DNA of 64,000 nt from Octopus sinensis. Taxonomy: Eukaryota. The stretch's first letter is position 1. Each line of letters begins with the position of its first letter. This document shows, piece after piece, positions 27,448 to 40,920 of this stretch. Both the position numbers and the translations under genes were made by a program. Location of the stretch: contig NC_043010.1 of NCBI RefSeq assembly GCF_006345805.1, forward strand, positions 23,436,001-23,500,000, read 5' to 3'. Below the pieces are notes generated by a model, which saw only the letters and a program-made list of their open reading frames with translations, made no database searches and was not told where the DNA came from.

Positions 27448-27641
27448 CAGAAAAAATATATGGAGGAGGAAAAGATCACAGCTTATCGCTGACCTCAAAA
27501 ACGATTTTCACTCAGGCGTGGATACTCGTATGTTCTTTCTTATAATTGTGATCCAATACTTTGGAACAAGGGTTCAAATGAGACAGATGAAGTGCAACTC
27601 TACACAGTTGGGCTGAGCAGGACAACTTGCTAATGCCAGCG

Positions 27642-28016
27642 TTATTACCTCGGTCTTAGCGAAGGTGGTGGTATTGTTTTCAGTTGTGTTTGTTTGTCCG
27701 GGGACAAGATATCTCAAGAACCGCTCGATGGATTCGGAATAAACTTTCAGGGATGTTTGGCCTTATGATTGATACAAACTGAATAGATTTTGGGATCGAC
27801 CGGTACCGGACAAAGATTCTGGATTATTTTACCGTTTTTCCTTTTTTTTTTTTACTTAAATTTTGAGGACGGTTGGGTTCATTTTTAGTATTCTCGTTTG
27901 TGAGAGCAGTCGAGTTTATTTCAGATATTCTCATCTTAAAAATCATCTCTGGCTAATCGCTGAGAGAACGTTGGTGTTGCCTTGGCGGAGGTTTGCGCTC
28001 TCTGAGTGTTCTTGTT
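27642..28016 (+). mobile_element. Helentron-associated non-autonomous element (HINE / DINE-1-like)
   Basis: 5' TTATTACCTCGGTCTTAGCGAAGGTGGTGGT (decayed subTIR palindrome); 3' subTIR CCTTGGCGGAGGT 27980-27992, hairpin GCGCTC-TCT-GAGTGT, TT flanks. Confidence 0.7.
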
Positions 28017-28152
28017 CTTACTTTTTTGTCATCAAAGATCGATGAGGTACTCTGCATTACAATAGATGTAAGTTTACAAACGAAAATTAATGCTAAATTG
28101 TTAAAGTGACGTACTTCAACGCTAAATAAATGAAAACTATACATATGTTGAA

Positions 28153-28330
28153 AGGGAAATGGCCTGGTAGTTAGGGTATTGCATTCACAATTGCGAGATC
28201 CTGGTTTCAATTCCTGAACACGGTGCTGTGTAAAGTTCTTTATTAAAAACTTCATCTCACGTTGCTCTGCGATCATTTCAACACCGAGGTATATTATGCC
28301 GTGCCCTTGTGCGGGCAACGTCGGTTTGAT
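28153..28330 (+). mobile_element. SINE family D, diverged 5' part
   Basis: TGGCCTGGTAGTTAGGG A-box, GGTTTCAATTCC B-box, AAAACTTCATCTCACGTTGCTC. Confidence 0.6.
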
Positions 28331-28759
28331 TGTGCGAGTGTGCTAATAATATACAGCACAAATATTTGATCACAAAATTATTTGTGCAAGTTTGTTTGGA
28401 AAGAAATTGGAGAACCTTCTTTCTCGTACTGCGAGAGACTATTATTACTTCACACAAGTTGATGAATGAATTGTTGTTTGATAAGGACTACATCACTTAT
28501 CTCCCTTGTCTTGCAATGACATGTAGAACTTGGTCCGTGTTTTTGCTGTGATGACTACAAAGATCGGTTTGAAAATAAACTAAAACTGAAGTTCATTTAT
28601 GTGTGAAATCCCGATAAATGTCCGGGCCATCCTAATCAAAAATGTACTTTCTGGTGGATATGTACGTAAAATGCTATTTGATTTCGGAAAATCATATCAG
28701 AATTTTGAAGAGTCGGCAGCAACAAATATGTATAGCTGCTTAGCTTATTCATTAGTAGT

Positions 28760-28826
<67 letters not shown>

Positions 28827-28887
28827 ATTCTCTCTGTCTCTCACTCTCTCCCCCCACACATATATTTCTTTTTCTCTCTTTTTCTCT

Positions 28888-28934
<47 letters not shown>

Positions 28935-29309
28935 CACACTGCATATGATACTGTGAAATAGTAGATTTATTACTCATTGAAACCCTTTCGTGACTTTCGG
29001 CACACCTTGTACATGCCGACATACAGGCATAATTATAAGTACAAGAATACTTTTGTTTAGCAAAGCTTTTTCAAAGAAAAGTTTCCGTGATTGAAAGGAA
29101 GAAAAAAAAAAAAGAAGTCTTCGATAGGTGTTTACCATAATTTCACGCATTCTCTTCTGTTAACAACATTCAAAGAATGGCATAAATCAGGACGACCGGT
29201 TACGAGAGAAATTCGAGGTAATTTTTTGTCTTGCGAGACACAGTTTTCTAATGACTGACGTAAACGGTGCTACACGTGAATGTCTGTCTTACTCTCTCTC
29301 TCTCTCTCT

Positions 29310-29580
29310 CTCTCTCTGCTGAAGACAAGACACATATGAACAACCCTGGCATCTCTGCAGACTCCTGGGAGGAGAAGGCCTTGCAGCGCGATTAATGGCA
29401 CTGATCACTGAAGCTCGTAATTCCAGCGATGGATGTGCAACATCAGAGAAAAGACGAAAGGGCATATGAGAGGGGCCACTTTTCCGTTGCGTTAAATAGC
29501 TTCATTTACAGCAGCAGTCATCGCTGCTGTAGATCGAGAATAGGCCTTGTAGCCCACATGCGAACCTGCCAGAGGTGATT
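29310..29580 (+). mobile_element. RTE LINE 3' fragment, decayed
   Basis: GISADSWEEKALQRD*W and CRSRIGLVAHMRTC match the RTE C-terminus (compare [14 protein letters not shown] at 41784). Confidence 0.7.
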
Positions 29581-29772
29581 ACTGAACCAGACCAGTCAAG
29601 GTCGACTTACGGCGGTCAACCAAAGAAGAATCCTCCCTCTCTCTCTCTCTCTCACTACTCTCTCTCTCTCTCTCTCTCTCTCTCAGTCTCTTCTTCACTC
29701 GCTGCCTCTTTCTCTCCATGTATGTAAGTAAACAGTATGTAATTTAAAAGAGAAAGGTAACATTCGGTTATT

Positions 29773-30927
29773 TTAATAGTTTGTGTATCTGTAATAGAGC
29801 GAAATAAATATCGCAATAGCAATCAAAAAAGAAGCACCAAATGAAAACATTCGTTTTTTATCTTCTAGTATATAATCTTCCTCCTCTTTTCCGTTGTGAA
29901 TTTGCAGCTGTTGATATTGGTGAGTGAGTTTCTTTCGTCTTCTCGAAGCATTCCTAAAACGGTACTCGGAATTGGCAAAGGGTAAGTCATCTGTATGAGA
30001 ATATATAATTCCTGATTTCGGAGGAGTACAACTTCTCGCAGGACAGAAACAGCAGTTGTTAGTTGTGCTGCGAAAAGTCTCAAAAATTGATAACAATTCA
30101 TCCAAGTCTTCACTATCCTTATTGCACATCACACATTCATTCGCAATGTCGTATTGCTTTTCATAATTTCGCGCTGATTTCGATGTATTTTCATACGTAT
30201 TATTTACTGTGAATAAACCAATATCATTAACATTAATATTCTTAACTCTTTTCCCGCTAGGTGGTTCTTCCTCTCGTATGAAATTGGTATAAGGGTACCG
30301 AGTTTTGTTTTCCACTTTTTCACAACCAGCTGACGTCATCATATTAAGTGCATTAGCACTCTTATCACTTTGTGTCTTCCTAAAGAATTCAGTTTTATCG
30401 CCATAATTTCTTATGCTTTTCTCTTCATCCATATTCTTCAGAATCATTTTCAATCCTTCCAGGGATCGTTGCAACGCGGTATTTTCCTCTTGCAGAACTC
30501 CATTCCTGTGTTTCAGTAATTCTTCCCTTTCTTTGATTTTAATTGCTTTCTCAATTTCCTTTTTTAATCTCCCTTCCAAGGAAGAAATTTCATCCGACAG
30601 TTTATCTCGTAGACATTTCGTGTTATATTCCGATTTACGATATTCTTCATGCAAATTATACAAGTTGTCTATGTTGGCATCTGATTTTGTCAAATCATAT
30701 TTTATTTCCGAAGATACGGCTTGGTCAAATATATTATTGTTTTGATTGTTATTCAACAAATCGTTCGATATTGTTTCAAGGGCCTTCTCAACCTTTCCAA
30801 GCAGACTCTTTTTCCTCTCCAATTTCTTGTAGACCCCCCAAATATTTGTCTTCTTTGAATTATTAATATTGTCTGTAGCATCTTCTTCTGGTAGAATTAA
30901 GGCTTCTGTATCAAGAAGGTTTTCCAT
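29773..30927 (-). CDS. Unrecognised 384-aa coiled-coil protein with C-terminal transmembrane anchor (track ORF extends to 31014, 413 aa)
   Basis: Uninterrupted 1.15-1.24 kb ORF in AT-rich, non-repetitive DNA; ATG in AATATGG context just after a TTTTGTAG acceptor-like site (30932-30933); heptad-like segment; terminal MFSFGASFLIAIAIFISLYY-RYTNY. Confidence 0.7.
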   Translation of the reverse strand: MENLLDTEALILPEEDATDNINNSKKTNIWGVYKKLERKKSLLGKVEKALETISNDLLNNNQNNNIFDQAVSSEIKYDLTKSDANIDNLYNLHEEYRKSEYNTKCLRDKLSDEISSLEGRLKKEIEKAIKIKEREELLKHRNGVLQEENTALQRSLEGLKMILKNMDEEKSIRNYGDKTEFFRKTQSDKSANALNMMTSAGCEKVENKTRYPYTNFIREEEPPSGKRVKNINVNDIGLFTVNNTYENTSKSARNYEKQYDIANECVMCNKDSEDLDELLSIFETFRSTTNNCCFCPARSCTPPKSGIIYSHTDDLPFANSEYRFRNASRRRKKLTHQYQQLQIHNGKEEEDYILEDKKRMFSFGASFLIAIAIFISLYYRYTNY

Positions 30928-31949
30928 ATTGCTACAAAAGATGTTTTCTATTAAATAAATATTGTTGTTTCTCACTTTACTGCGCCCACTCTCCCCTTCA
31001 ATTTCTCTTCGCATATATGTATATATGTAATACTTCTGATCAGATGTTTACATTAAGCTTAAAAGCGTAGCGCCACGCAAGGCATACATTCCTGGAGTTG
31101 TAACTGTTTAGACAAGCGTAACAGCTGTCTGAGATAACAAAGATGAATTTCGAAAGAAACTACAGAATCTTTGCAAAGAAATTCACCTTGATTATATTTC
31201 ATTTATGGTAAACAAAGTGCCATCTACGAATCAATTAAGATAAACATGTGATTAAAGATAGATTTACTGCAATGAACCATGTTATGATATCCTTGATTTT
31301 TAACACCTTAAAGACCAGCTGTCTTCCTTCCTTACCGTTCTACATAAAAGGGGACTGAATGTCGGACATTATAAAAAAAAAACAATAATATATATATATA
31401 TATCAAAAATAGAATTGATAATAATAATAACAGCTTCTTTCCTCCTAGGGACAAGGCGATCCAAATGGATACGGCGTCTCGTTTTGTTTCAAAAACTTCA
31501 CGATAAAAATTTAATCTCCAAGAAAATTACGTCATAAAGACATGACATAAAACTGGAATAAACCGACGTTGGAAACGTAAACGCGCTCGCACACACACAC
31601 ACACGCACACGCACACACACACATATAAAGACACACGCACGTACATGCACACACACACACAGATAAACACCATTACACACACACACACACAAACACACGC
31701 ACGCGCATTCCCGCAGACACACACAAACACATGCATCTACGCACACACATTACAAAATATGAAAGGAGAAGATGGTCCCATGAGAGAGACACATTGGTGT
31801 TAATCAGCCTGTTAGAAATAGCAGCTAAATTTAATTCAAATCACATCAGTATCGATTTAGAAAATAACACAATGGACTTTGTGATGTGTGTATGTGTGTG
31901 TGTGTGTGAGGGGGGTATTGAGAGGAAGGAGTGGCATTTATTCGTTAAT

Positions 31950-32591
31950 ATCGACCCCAGTATTTGACCGCTAATTCATTTCACGACCACCAAAACTTAG
32001 ACTGGATAAAGTTGACCATAGCAAGATTCGAACACAGAGCGTAAGAAGCCAATATAAGTAAGCATTGATAATTATTTCTTTATTACCCACAAGGGGCTAA
32101 ACTCAGAGGGGACAAACAAGGCAGACGAAGGGATTAAGTCGATTACATCGACCCCAGTGCGTAACTGGTACTTATTTAATCGACCCCGGGTTTCCTCGTT
32201 TATCTTTTGAATTTCTGTGTAACTGCGTGTTTTTCTTTTTCTTTTCATTTTACATTTTGAACTTGAAGAAGTCAGACGGTCTCATGAAATTTTCAAACCG
32301 TTAAACAAACAATCTGTTACAAATCGCATCGGGCTCTTCTCATTACCTATTCACTTCGTGAAGATTTACGTCAATCTTTATAAATTTATAATAATTATTA
32401 TAATCCTTTCTATATCGGCACAAGTGTTGTATTTTGGTGGGAGGGAACTAGTCGATTACATCGATCCCGGTATTTGATTGGTACTTAATTCATCGACCCC
32501 GAAAGGATGAAAGGTGAAGTCGACCTCGGTGGAATTTGAACTCAGGCGAAATGCAGCTAATCGTTTTTCCCGGCGTGCTTACGATTCTGTC

Positions 32592-32651
<60 letters not shown>

Positions 32652-32885
32652 GCAAAAAAAACAACAGCAACAACAACAATAATAATGCTAATATAAATAA
32701 ACATAACAACAAAAACATTTTAACGGAGTGAGTCGATTACATTGACATCAGTGTTCAAATAGTACTTATTTCATCGACCCCGAAAGGATGAAAGGCAAAG
32801 TCGACCATGGTGGAATTTGAACTCAGAACGTGATGACGGACGAAATGCCACTAAGCATTTTGTCCGGAGTGCTAATGATTCTCTC
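31950..32885 (-). mobile_element. Cluster of four co-oriented SINE family B copies or fragments (~31950-32060, 32075-32190, 32395-32590, 32720-32885)
   Basis: Repeated GTCGATTACATCGACCCC...GGTACTTATTT..ATCGACCCCGAAAGGATGAAAGG...GGAATTTGAACTCAG. Confidence 0.8.
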
Positions 32886-33202
32886 AAGACACATAGACGA
32901 CAAAGACTCACAGAAAACAAATGTAAAAGAGGAACATGCAAATCGTAATGAAGTGTTTGCGTGTGACTGGGCAAAACAATGATAGGAAAATCACATAACA
33001 AAAGATGCAAAAAGCAAAAAACAAACCAACTCTGTTCATTTCCGAATGGGAGCTGTGGCTATCAGGCCACAATGATGGTAACCCGAATAGTGCTCAGATG
33101 ACCTTGAGCAAAGGCAAGTGCTCCCTTTCACATTTCATTTCCTAGCCTACAAGCACATGCTTCAGAGTAGGCCTGTTCACACGTGCTACACACACGCACA
33201 CA

Positions 33203-33294
<92 letters not shown>

Positions 33295-33299
<5 letters not shown>

Positions 33300-33700
33300 A
33301 CTCTTTTACTCGTTTCAGTCATTTGACTGTAGCCATGCTGGAGCACCGTCTTTTAGTCGAGCAAATCGACCCCAGGTCTTATTCTTTGTAAGCCTAGTAC
33401 TTATTCTATCGGTCTCTTTTGCCGAACCGCTAAGCTACGGGGACGTAAGTAGACCAGCATCGGTTGTCAAGCGATGTTGGGGGAGGGGGCAAACACATAC
33501 ATACAGATACACACACTACACACACACACATATATATATATATATACATAAATATACGACGGGCTTCTTTCAGTTTCCGTCTACCAAATGCACTCACAAG
33601 GCTTTGGCCGGCCCGAGGCTATAGTAAAAGACACTTGCCCGTGGTGCCACGCAATATGAATGAACCAGGAACCATGTGGTTGGTAAGCAAGCTACTTTAT
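33295..33700 (-). mobile_element. SINE family A, full copy
   Basis: TTTCAGTCATTTGACTGTAGCCATGCTGGAGCACCG tail through GGAACCATGTGGTTGGTAAG head. Confidence 0.88.
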
Positions 33701-33869
33701 TTCATAAAATTTGTCATCATAGACAGTACAAAGAGTGTGTAGCTTTGCGGGTTGGACAAACACATTAATGAATGAAAATGAAATAGAATGAATAAATGAG
33801 AGACGAAACCCAACACCTGCCGATTGGATTTTTCTCGAAAACATACTTTCTTTTTTAAAAAATCAATAT

Positions 33870-35085
33870 GAGATTTCAAACCTCTTACAAGGAGGAACTA
33901 AAACCTCTTACTTAGCATTTTTTTTGTTAAACACACAATTGAGGTTATAAATCACTACAAATAATACAATAAGATGAGGTTTCAAACCCTATAACGAGGG
34001 TCTTTCACCTCCTACTCTTCGATATATCCATCGATATATTCATCTTTATCTTCAATGCCGCTTGAGTTCCTGTATCCCGCAATTTCCCATGCCTCACTCA
34101 TGTAGGACATGTATGTCGTGTAAGGGCCACCCGGCCATATGCGACACTCCTCCCAAAATCCTTTAAGCCTTTCCCACAAGGGAAACCTTATGACCTCCAC
34201 AGCTATCTGCGGAGGCCATTCGGGATCCCGTGTGAAGGGCATATCTACTGTCTCTTTATGTTCTTCTGCTATTTTTCCACCTCCCCGCCCTTATAGAAAA
34301 AGATAATTAATTGATCATCTTTAAGGGTGGGGGTGGTTTCTTCCACCGTGGGTGGCACAACTTCGGGACATGCAGACATCTCCTCGCTGAGATGACCCGT
34401 TCTTCTTCCTTCTTTTTATTTTCTTTCTGACTTCGGGAGAGTGGAGCTCTTCCGCTTTGTCCGGAGACTCTCTCCCGCCTCCCGAAGCCTTAGGTTCCTT
34501 CGGCGTGCAACTATTGTTGCCCGCCTTCTTCCTTTTTAATCCTTTTTGAGTTGAGGAGGCTGAAGCCTTTCTAAGCACCATCGTCTTCTCCTCCATATCT
34601 TTTAACCACTGCTTAGGCGGGTTAATTTCCCACTCTAAGACAGTTCCTTCTGTGCCATGTCAAAAAAATTAAACCGAATAAAAATAAAACAAAATAAAAG
34701 AGGAGGAAAGGAAACTGAAATTAAAGTAATGAAAAGAATGAACCAAAATTTAGAAAGAAAGAAAAAATAGAAGAAAGGAAAAGTAAAGGAAAAAACACAC
34801 AAATAGCACAGACAGGGAATCCTTTGTATAATACTCCCAAAAGGTAATCCAAATGGCTTACTCCAGTTCGGAAAAATTGTACTTTTTCTGGCGATACGCC
34901 CACTAGAATTTACAAAAAAAATTTTCAAGCAAAATTCTCTATTCACCGTTAAGGTGATGAGAACCCAGTATTTTGCTCGCTATAGCGAGCTATAATTGAC
35001 AATTTTTCTTTTTATTCTTTTTTCTATTCACGGAGCTCAAAAAACTCACATCTTGTCACTGTAACAGTCCAGACCAACTAGTGTT
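33870..35085 (-). mobile_element. Probable second Tx1/L1-type fragment (ORF1 C-terminal part, ending at the start of ORF2)
   Basis: Lys-rich ORF1-like pieces; WPPQI...LKGFW...GGPYTTYMS weakly parallels TPPKHI...LKTIF...GGFQRYLS of the 21426 ORF; then LVRGLK, like the NARGL start of ORF2. Confidence 0.45.
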
Positions 35086-36501
35086 GCATTCTGGGTAACC
35101 GGAAGTAAGCAAGCTACTTACCACACAGACACTCCTACGCCTACACATGTATATAATACAGTCAATGATCTTTCAAGTAATTTATTGAGGTGCAGCATCA
35201 CTTTCTTCATCCTTTCTAAACAAAACTTGAAAACATCGGTGAGGATTTGGCTAATGGAAGAAGTGTTTTCAGCTCCTTTAGTTTCGCCAGGCATACAACC
35301 ACTTTAGCAATTGCCACCCAGCAGAAAATTAAAATGCCTGTCTTTCTCGACCAGAGAATGGCGACAGATCAATCTTCATGACGCACTCGACTGAGAGAGA
35401 GAGACAGACAGACAGACAGAGAAAGAGAGAGAGAGGGGGGAGAGAGAGAGAGAGAGAGGGAGAGAGACATTCAGAATAATTTACACAATGTTATTCTAAT
35501 AGCCACACCATCAAAGTCTCGAAGCTACGAGATAATGCGTGATTCGTATTCATAAACAAAATGAATCAATAAACCTTCATTACGTGAAGGCTTAAGAGTA
35601 AACAAATATCTAGGACGGCTAGGTAGTATTTGAGCCGCAGTTTCGTATATTTTGATCGGCTGCGTAGAAGCTACCCGCTTTGATTCAACATACAGGATTC
35701 TCGCAGAGTTGTCTGACAATTTGTACATCCCTTCTAACTTTCATTACAATTTCTAATGGTTTTCAGCTGACATAAAACTTTCTCCGAACAGAGCAGAATC
35801 AGAAAAAATGTATGGAAACCTATACTGACATTACAAACAACCTCATAAATATGTAAATCACTAAACTAGCAGAATATCGGGGTTTGGCTTGATGCAATTT
35901 GCATCATTGGCTTCCTCAGCATTTCTTCCATTCGATTAAGCTATGTACAGCAGTAGGGGATAAAATATGTTTTAAAATCGAATAGTTCCATTTCTTTAGA
36001 GACGGACAGAATATTCAATAGAGCCAACGTGACAAATTCTTGATTCCTTGTATATATATAAAAGTGAAATTCATGTTCTGCTAACCAACAGTCGACTGGA
36101 CAGGATTTATTTCGTAATAAACAGGGTAGCTTCGATGTTCTCCAAACTTTCAGCGATGCCTAAGGCAGTTTGCCAAACTTCACAGAAAAAAGATTGCATT
36201 CTCGTAAAGTAAATGGATTTTCTTCAAAGTAATTTCATTCATTTTAGAATTCAGTGATTTCGGCGGCGGCATTCTGCTTCGATTGCTTAAATTCTTACCA
36301 TCGATTGCACAACATACACTGGATCTCAATTTTATTTCCTGTGTCAATTTCCACCACCATAGCCCCCTCTCTCTCTCTTTCTCTATCTATCTATCTGTTT
36401 ATTTATCTAGCTGTCTCTCTCTCCCTTTCTCACTATCATTCCTTCATTCTCTCTGTCTGTCTGTCTCTGTCTATCTGTCTATTTGTCTGTCTGTCTGTCT
36501 C

Positions 36502-36592
<91 letters not shown>

Positions 36593-36851
36593 CATTTACC
36601 TACCTATGTGTTTGTCTGTCTCTCTACGTATCTGTCAGTCACTATCTCTCTGTCTTTCTCTCTCCCTCCTACTTTCTCTCATTTGTCACAAGCATCTTTA
36701 GCGACCTCACATATGAAAGTCTTGGAGAGAATGCATGAAATTATCGAACAGGCAAACAACATAACGATTGATGAATTGGGAAAAAAAGAGAACCAACACA
36801 CACACACACAACACACACACACATACACATACACACACACACACACAAACA

Positions 36852-36882
<31 letters not shown>

Positions 36883-37469
36883 AACAAACAAACACACACA
36901 GAAAAATGCACACACACATACAAACACACATGTAATTGGCTCAAAATGAATTCAGTCAAAGTAAGATATAAATGTCGTTATCAACAGATACCCAACAAAA
37001 GTATTATGAAATGAATATGCGAGATACAAAAGTATATGAGAAGACACGACTAAGTTAAACAGGATATGAAACTGTATAAATTGTTGTTTAGAAAACGATC
37101 TTCAGGGTAAAAAAGGACAGGGTCTACAAATTGACAAACAACAATAACACCGAATCCACCCATTGTAAAAGAGAGAAACCTATTATCATTAGCAAAAGAA
37201 ATGACGACACTGTTGGGGGTACTACAATGAAACAAGTTAATAATGACCTAATTGGGTGATCTACGTCTTTCTTTGATCATGTGAGCCATTTGAATAGATT
37301 TATGAGTCTACGTGTGAGAGCAGTTTCAAGGAAATGATCAAAGCCTACGGCCGAGCGGAGAATAGTCATTATTGTAGATGCTCCAGTCATGCCTGGCCAG
37401 AGATATTTGTCCTCTAATATACACTGGGACTGATCGATCGCATGGGATACCTTTGAATATATCATTTAT

Positions 37470-37645
37470 TCGACTGCGGGCATGCTGGGGCACCGCCCTG
37501 GAGAAGATTTAGTCGATGAACTTATATTGTAAGTTCTAACTTACAATATTGTAAAGTTCTAACAATATAACTATAGTCATTGGACTCTTTTGCACACGTA
37601 AACACACCAACACCGGTTGTCAAGCGGTTGTGGGGAACAAACACA
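37470..37645 (-). mobile_element. SINE family A, 3' half
   Basis: GACTGCGGGCATGCTGGGGCACCGCC...CACCGGTTGTCAAGCG. Confidence 0.7.
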
Positions 37646-38235
37646 GACACAAAGATACACACACACGCGCGCACACACAAGCACGAACGCACGCACACAA
37701 ACACACATACATTTACAGAATTAACAGAAATAAAATATATTCCACACATTGAATGTATTGAGAATTTTTTTTTTCGCGGAAAGGGTAAGTGCATTATTCG
37801 TATTGTGAGTGATAAATGCATCACACTACATGCATCGCGTGATTATACTCCATAGTTACCTGCTTAGAGCTATTTCGCATGACACCCAGTTCGGTGACGA
37901 TAAGTTTGTTACTTAGAAGAATAATTAATCCGGAGATAAAGGCTATTTTGGACACGAAGCTTTCTTGGATAAGCACTCGAGTGTGGGACTTATGTATGAT
38001 ACTTTAATACGCACTTTACTGAACAGATTACACCTATGGTCTTCCGTATTTTGTGGCGGTTTTTTACTCGGAAACTCAAAAGCTTTAAAGTCAATGTTTC
38101 TTTTGAGTTTGTAATCAGAAGAAAAACCAATTTTTTCTCTACAAAACAAGGATGCTTGTGGCACTGATGATGGAAGTACTAAACATCGAAAGCATAGTTG
38201 ATAATCTGCAAAGCCAAGTATACGGTTTTGCTTGC

Positions 38236-38325
<90 letters not shown>

Positions 38326-38457
38326 ATATATATAGACATATATATATACATTATACATACATATATATATATATGTATGTATATATGTATGTATGTTTAT
38401 ATATGTATATATTTATATATGTATATATGTATGTATATATATATATGTATATATTTG

Positions 38458-38489
<32 letters not shown>

Positions 38490-38541
38490 CATACATATAT
38501 ATATGTGTATATATATGTATGTATACATATATTTATATGCT

Positions 38542-38575
<34 letters not shown>

Positions 38576-39029
38576 TATACATATATATATGTGTGTATAT
38601 ATATATGCATAAATATATGCAGGTGTGTATGTATGCATGTATTTATGTCTATGAGTACACACACACACACACACATACATGTATATATATATATATTATA
38701 TATATATATATGATGCACGCATGCAGACACTCAAACGGTGGGACACACTGACAAAGAGACACTCTGTCAAGCAACTACCTACTCTAAGCAAAAGCTTCGT
38801 TTAAGAGTATTTCACCGATATCCTGAAAATCATCATCGTGAGCATAACCAGTCATACAAACATACATATATACATACACACATACATACATACATACATA
38901 CACACATACATACATACATACACACATACATACATACATACATACATACATACATACATACATACGTATATATATACGTATATATATATATATATATATA
39001 TATGTAAATGTATTAGTGTGTGTTTGTGT

Positions 39030-39065
<36 letters not shown>

Positions 39066-39315
39066 TTAAACGCTCATCCACTAATTCCTTTCTAACGATT
39101 TCTCTTCTCTCTGGCATTGCAGCTATCCTAGCATATTGATTTATTACTAATCCTGTACAGCAATACAACGAGACGGCATGCTGTTACAAATTGGAAATTT
39201 ACTTGTCAAGTTAAAATCAGAAAATGAATTTACGTAAGTATATATCTATGTGTGTCTGTGTGTGTATAAATATAAATATGTATGACTATATAAATATGAA
39301 TAGATATATAGATAG

Positions 39316-39382
<67 letters not shown>

Positions 39383-39579
39383 GATAGATAGATATTTGTA
39401 TTGATGTTTATATCTCTATCTATCTATCCATCAACGTGTCTGTCTGCCTGTCTGTCTATGTCTCAATGTATGTTATGTATGTACGGTGCATTTCAAGACA
39501 TTACCTAAGATCTTTCGATACAAACAACAAATTATGCATAAACATAAACCTTGATGTCTCTTTTCCTACCTCTCTTTCT

Positions 39580-39630
<51 letters not shown>

Positions 39631-40142
39631 TGTGTCACTGTGTGCGCGTGTGTGTGAGTATACATACATACACTGACAGAGAGCGGAAGGGATAGAACGA
39701 TGGAGTAACTGATAAACAGATATTTCTATGTTTATGCGTGTATAATAAAATCTCTATAAACATTAATCTTTCGTGCCTTTCCAAAGCAGCTTTCAATCTA
39801 AATGTAAATTTGATACAAGCATACATACATAAATGCATATTTATATACACATACACAAATATATACATACATACGCACAAATACACACACTCATACACGC
39901 ATATATGTGTGTATGTCGCAGTGTGCTTATGTTGGAGTGTGAGCAAGCTTGTGTCACCGTACGTTCGAATCTTTACGCCCACGTGTATTCGTTAGTATTC
40001 GGGTGGACCCTTATGTATGTCTAGGCTATATTTTTGTATATATTAGTTTTCACTTTCAAGTCACTCTCCCCCCTCTCTCTCTCTCTGTCCCACACACTCA
40101 CAGATATATGTGTGTGTGTGAGTTTGTGTGTGTGCGTGTGTG

Positions 40143-40310
40143 TACGACGGGCTACTTCCAGTGCTCGTCTACCAAATCTACTCACAGCACTTTGGTGAAC
40201 CTGAAGCTACAGTAGAAGACACATGCACGAGTTGTCATGCAGTAGAATTGAAACCAGAACTGTGTGGTTGGGAAGCAAACTTCTTATCACACAGCCACAT
40301 ACATGTATAC
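40143..40310 (-). mobile_element. SINE family A, 5' half
   Basis: TACGACGGGCTACTTCCAGT...AGAAGACAC...CACACAGCCAC. Confidence 0.7.
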
Positions 40311-40660
40311 ACGCATGCATTTGCCTGTAATGAATAAGCAGCCTGTATCATTGAATGCCAACGAAATGACAGGTGTTATGGAACAAGTATCTTCTGCAAA
40401 AGAGAGGTCTAAACAGAAATTTACGGTTTCTTTGCTCATCGCCTCTTGACAGATTTTGCTTTCAGTTCTGTAAAGTGCCCAACGGAAGTTGCCATCCTTA
40501 ACTAATAAACTTGGCTGAGTTGCCGGTTTGGTCACGTCCGGCCCGTCCATGCGAGAGGTTGTAAAGGGTTAGCACTAAGAATGACCTTGACATTCGCTGA
40601 ACTTCAGCATATCACATACGTACATACATACATACATACATACATACATACATACATACA

Positions 40661-40920
40661 TTAGAAGTTCAGGTTTATACCTGTAATTATTGGGACCCTG
40701 GGATATGTAACCCTCTGCTTAAATACCAATCTTGAGAAATTAGGCTTCTCAAAACCAGAAAGGAGAAAATTGATTCGAAGAGTACAGATCCAAGCCATCA
40801 CTGGAACTGTAAAAGTCTGTAAAACTTTCCAAAAGTTTATCATTTAAATATATATATGAGCCTGTCTAGATATGCAACTATATGCATGTGAATACATACA
40901 TAAAAGATACAAATCTGCAC
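40661..40920 (+). mobile_element. R4/Dong-type (restriction-like endonuclease) LINE, extreme 3' end
   Basis: FIPVIIGTLGYV...LEKLGF...IQAITGTVKVCKTFQKFII* (stop 40845-40847) resembles the IPxxxGxLG / GTxxIxRK C-terminus; (ACAT)n on both sides. Confidence 0.6.

Noticed and set aside
37943-38140. Candidate exon on the minus strand after a TTGTTTTGTAG acceptor
   Set aside because: No convincing donor and no recognisable protein; needs RNA-seq.
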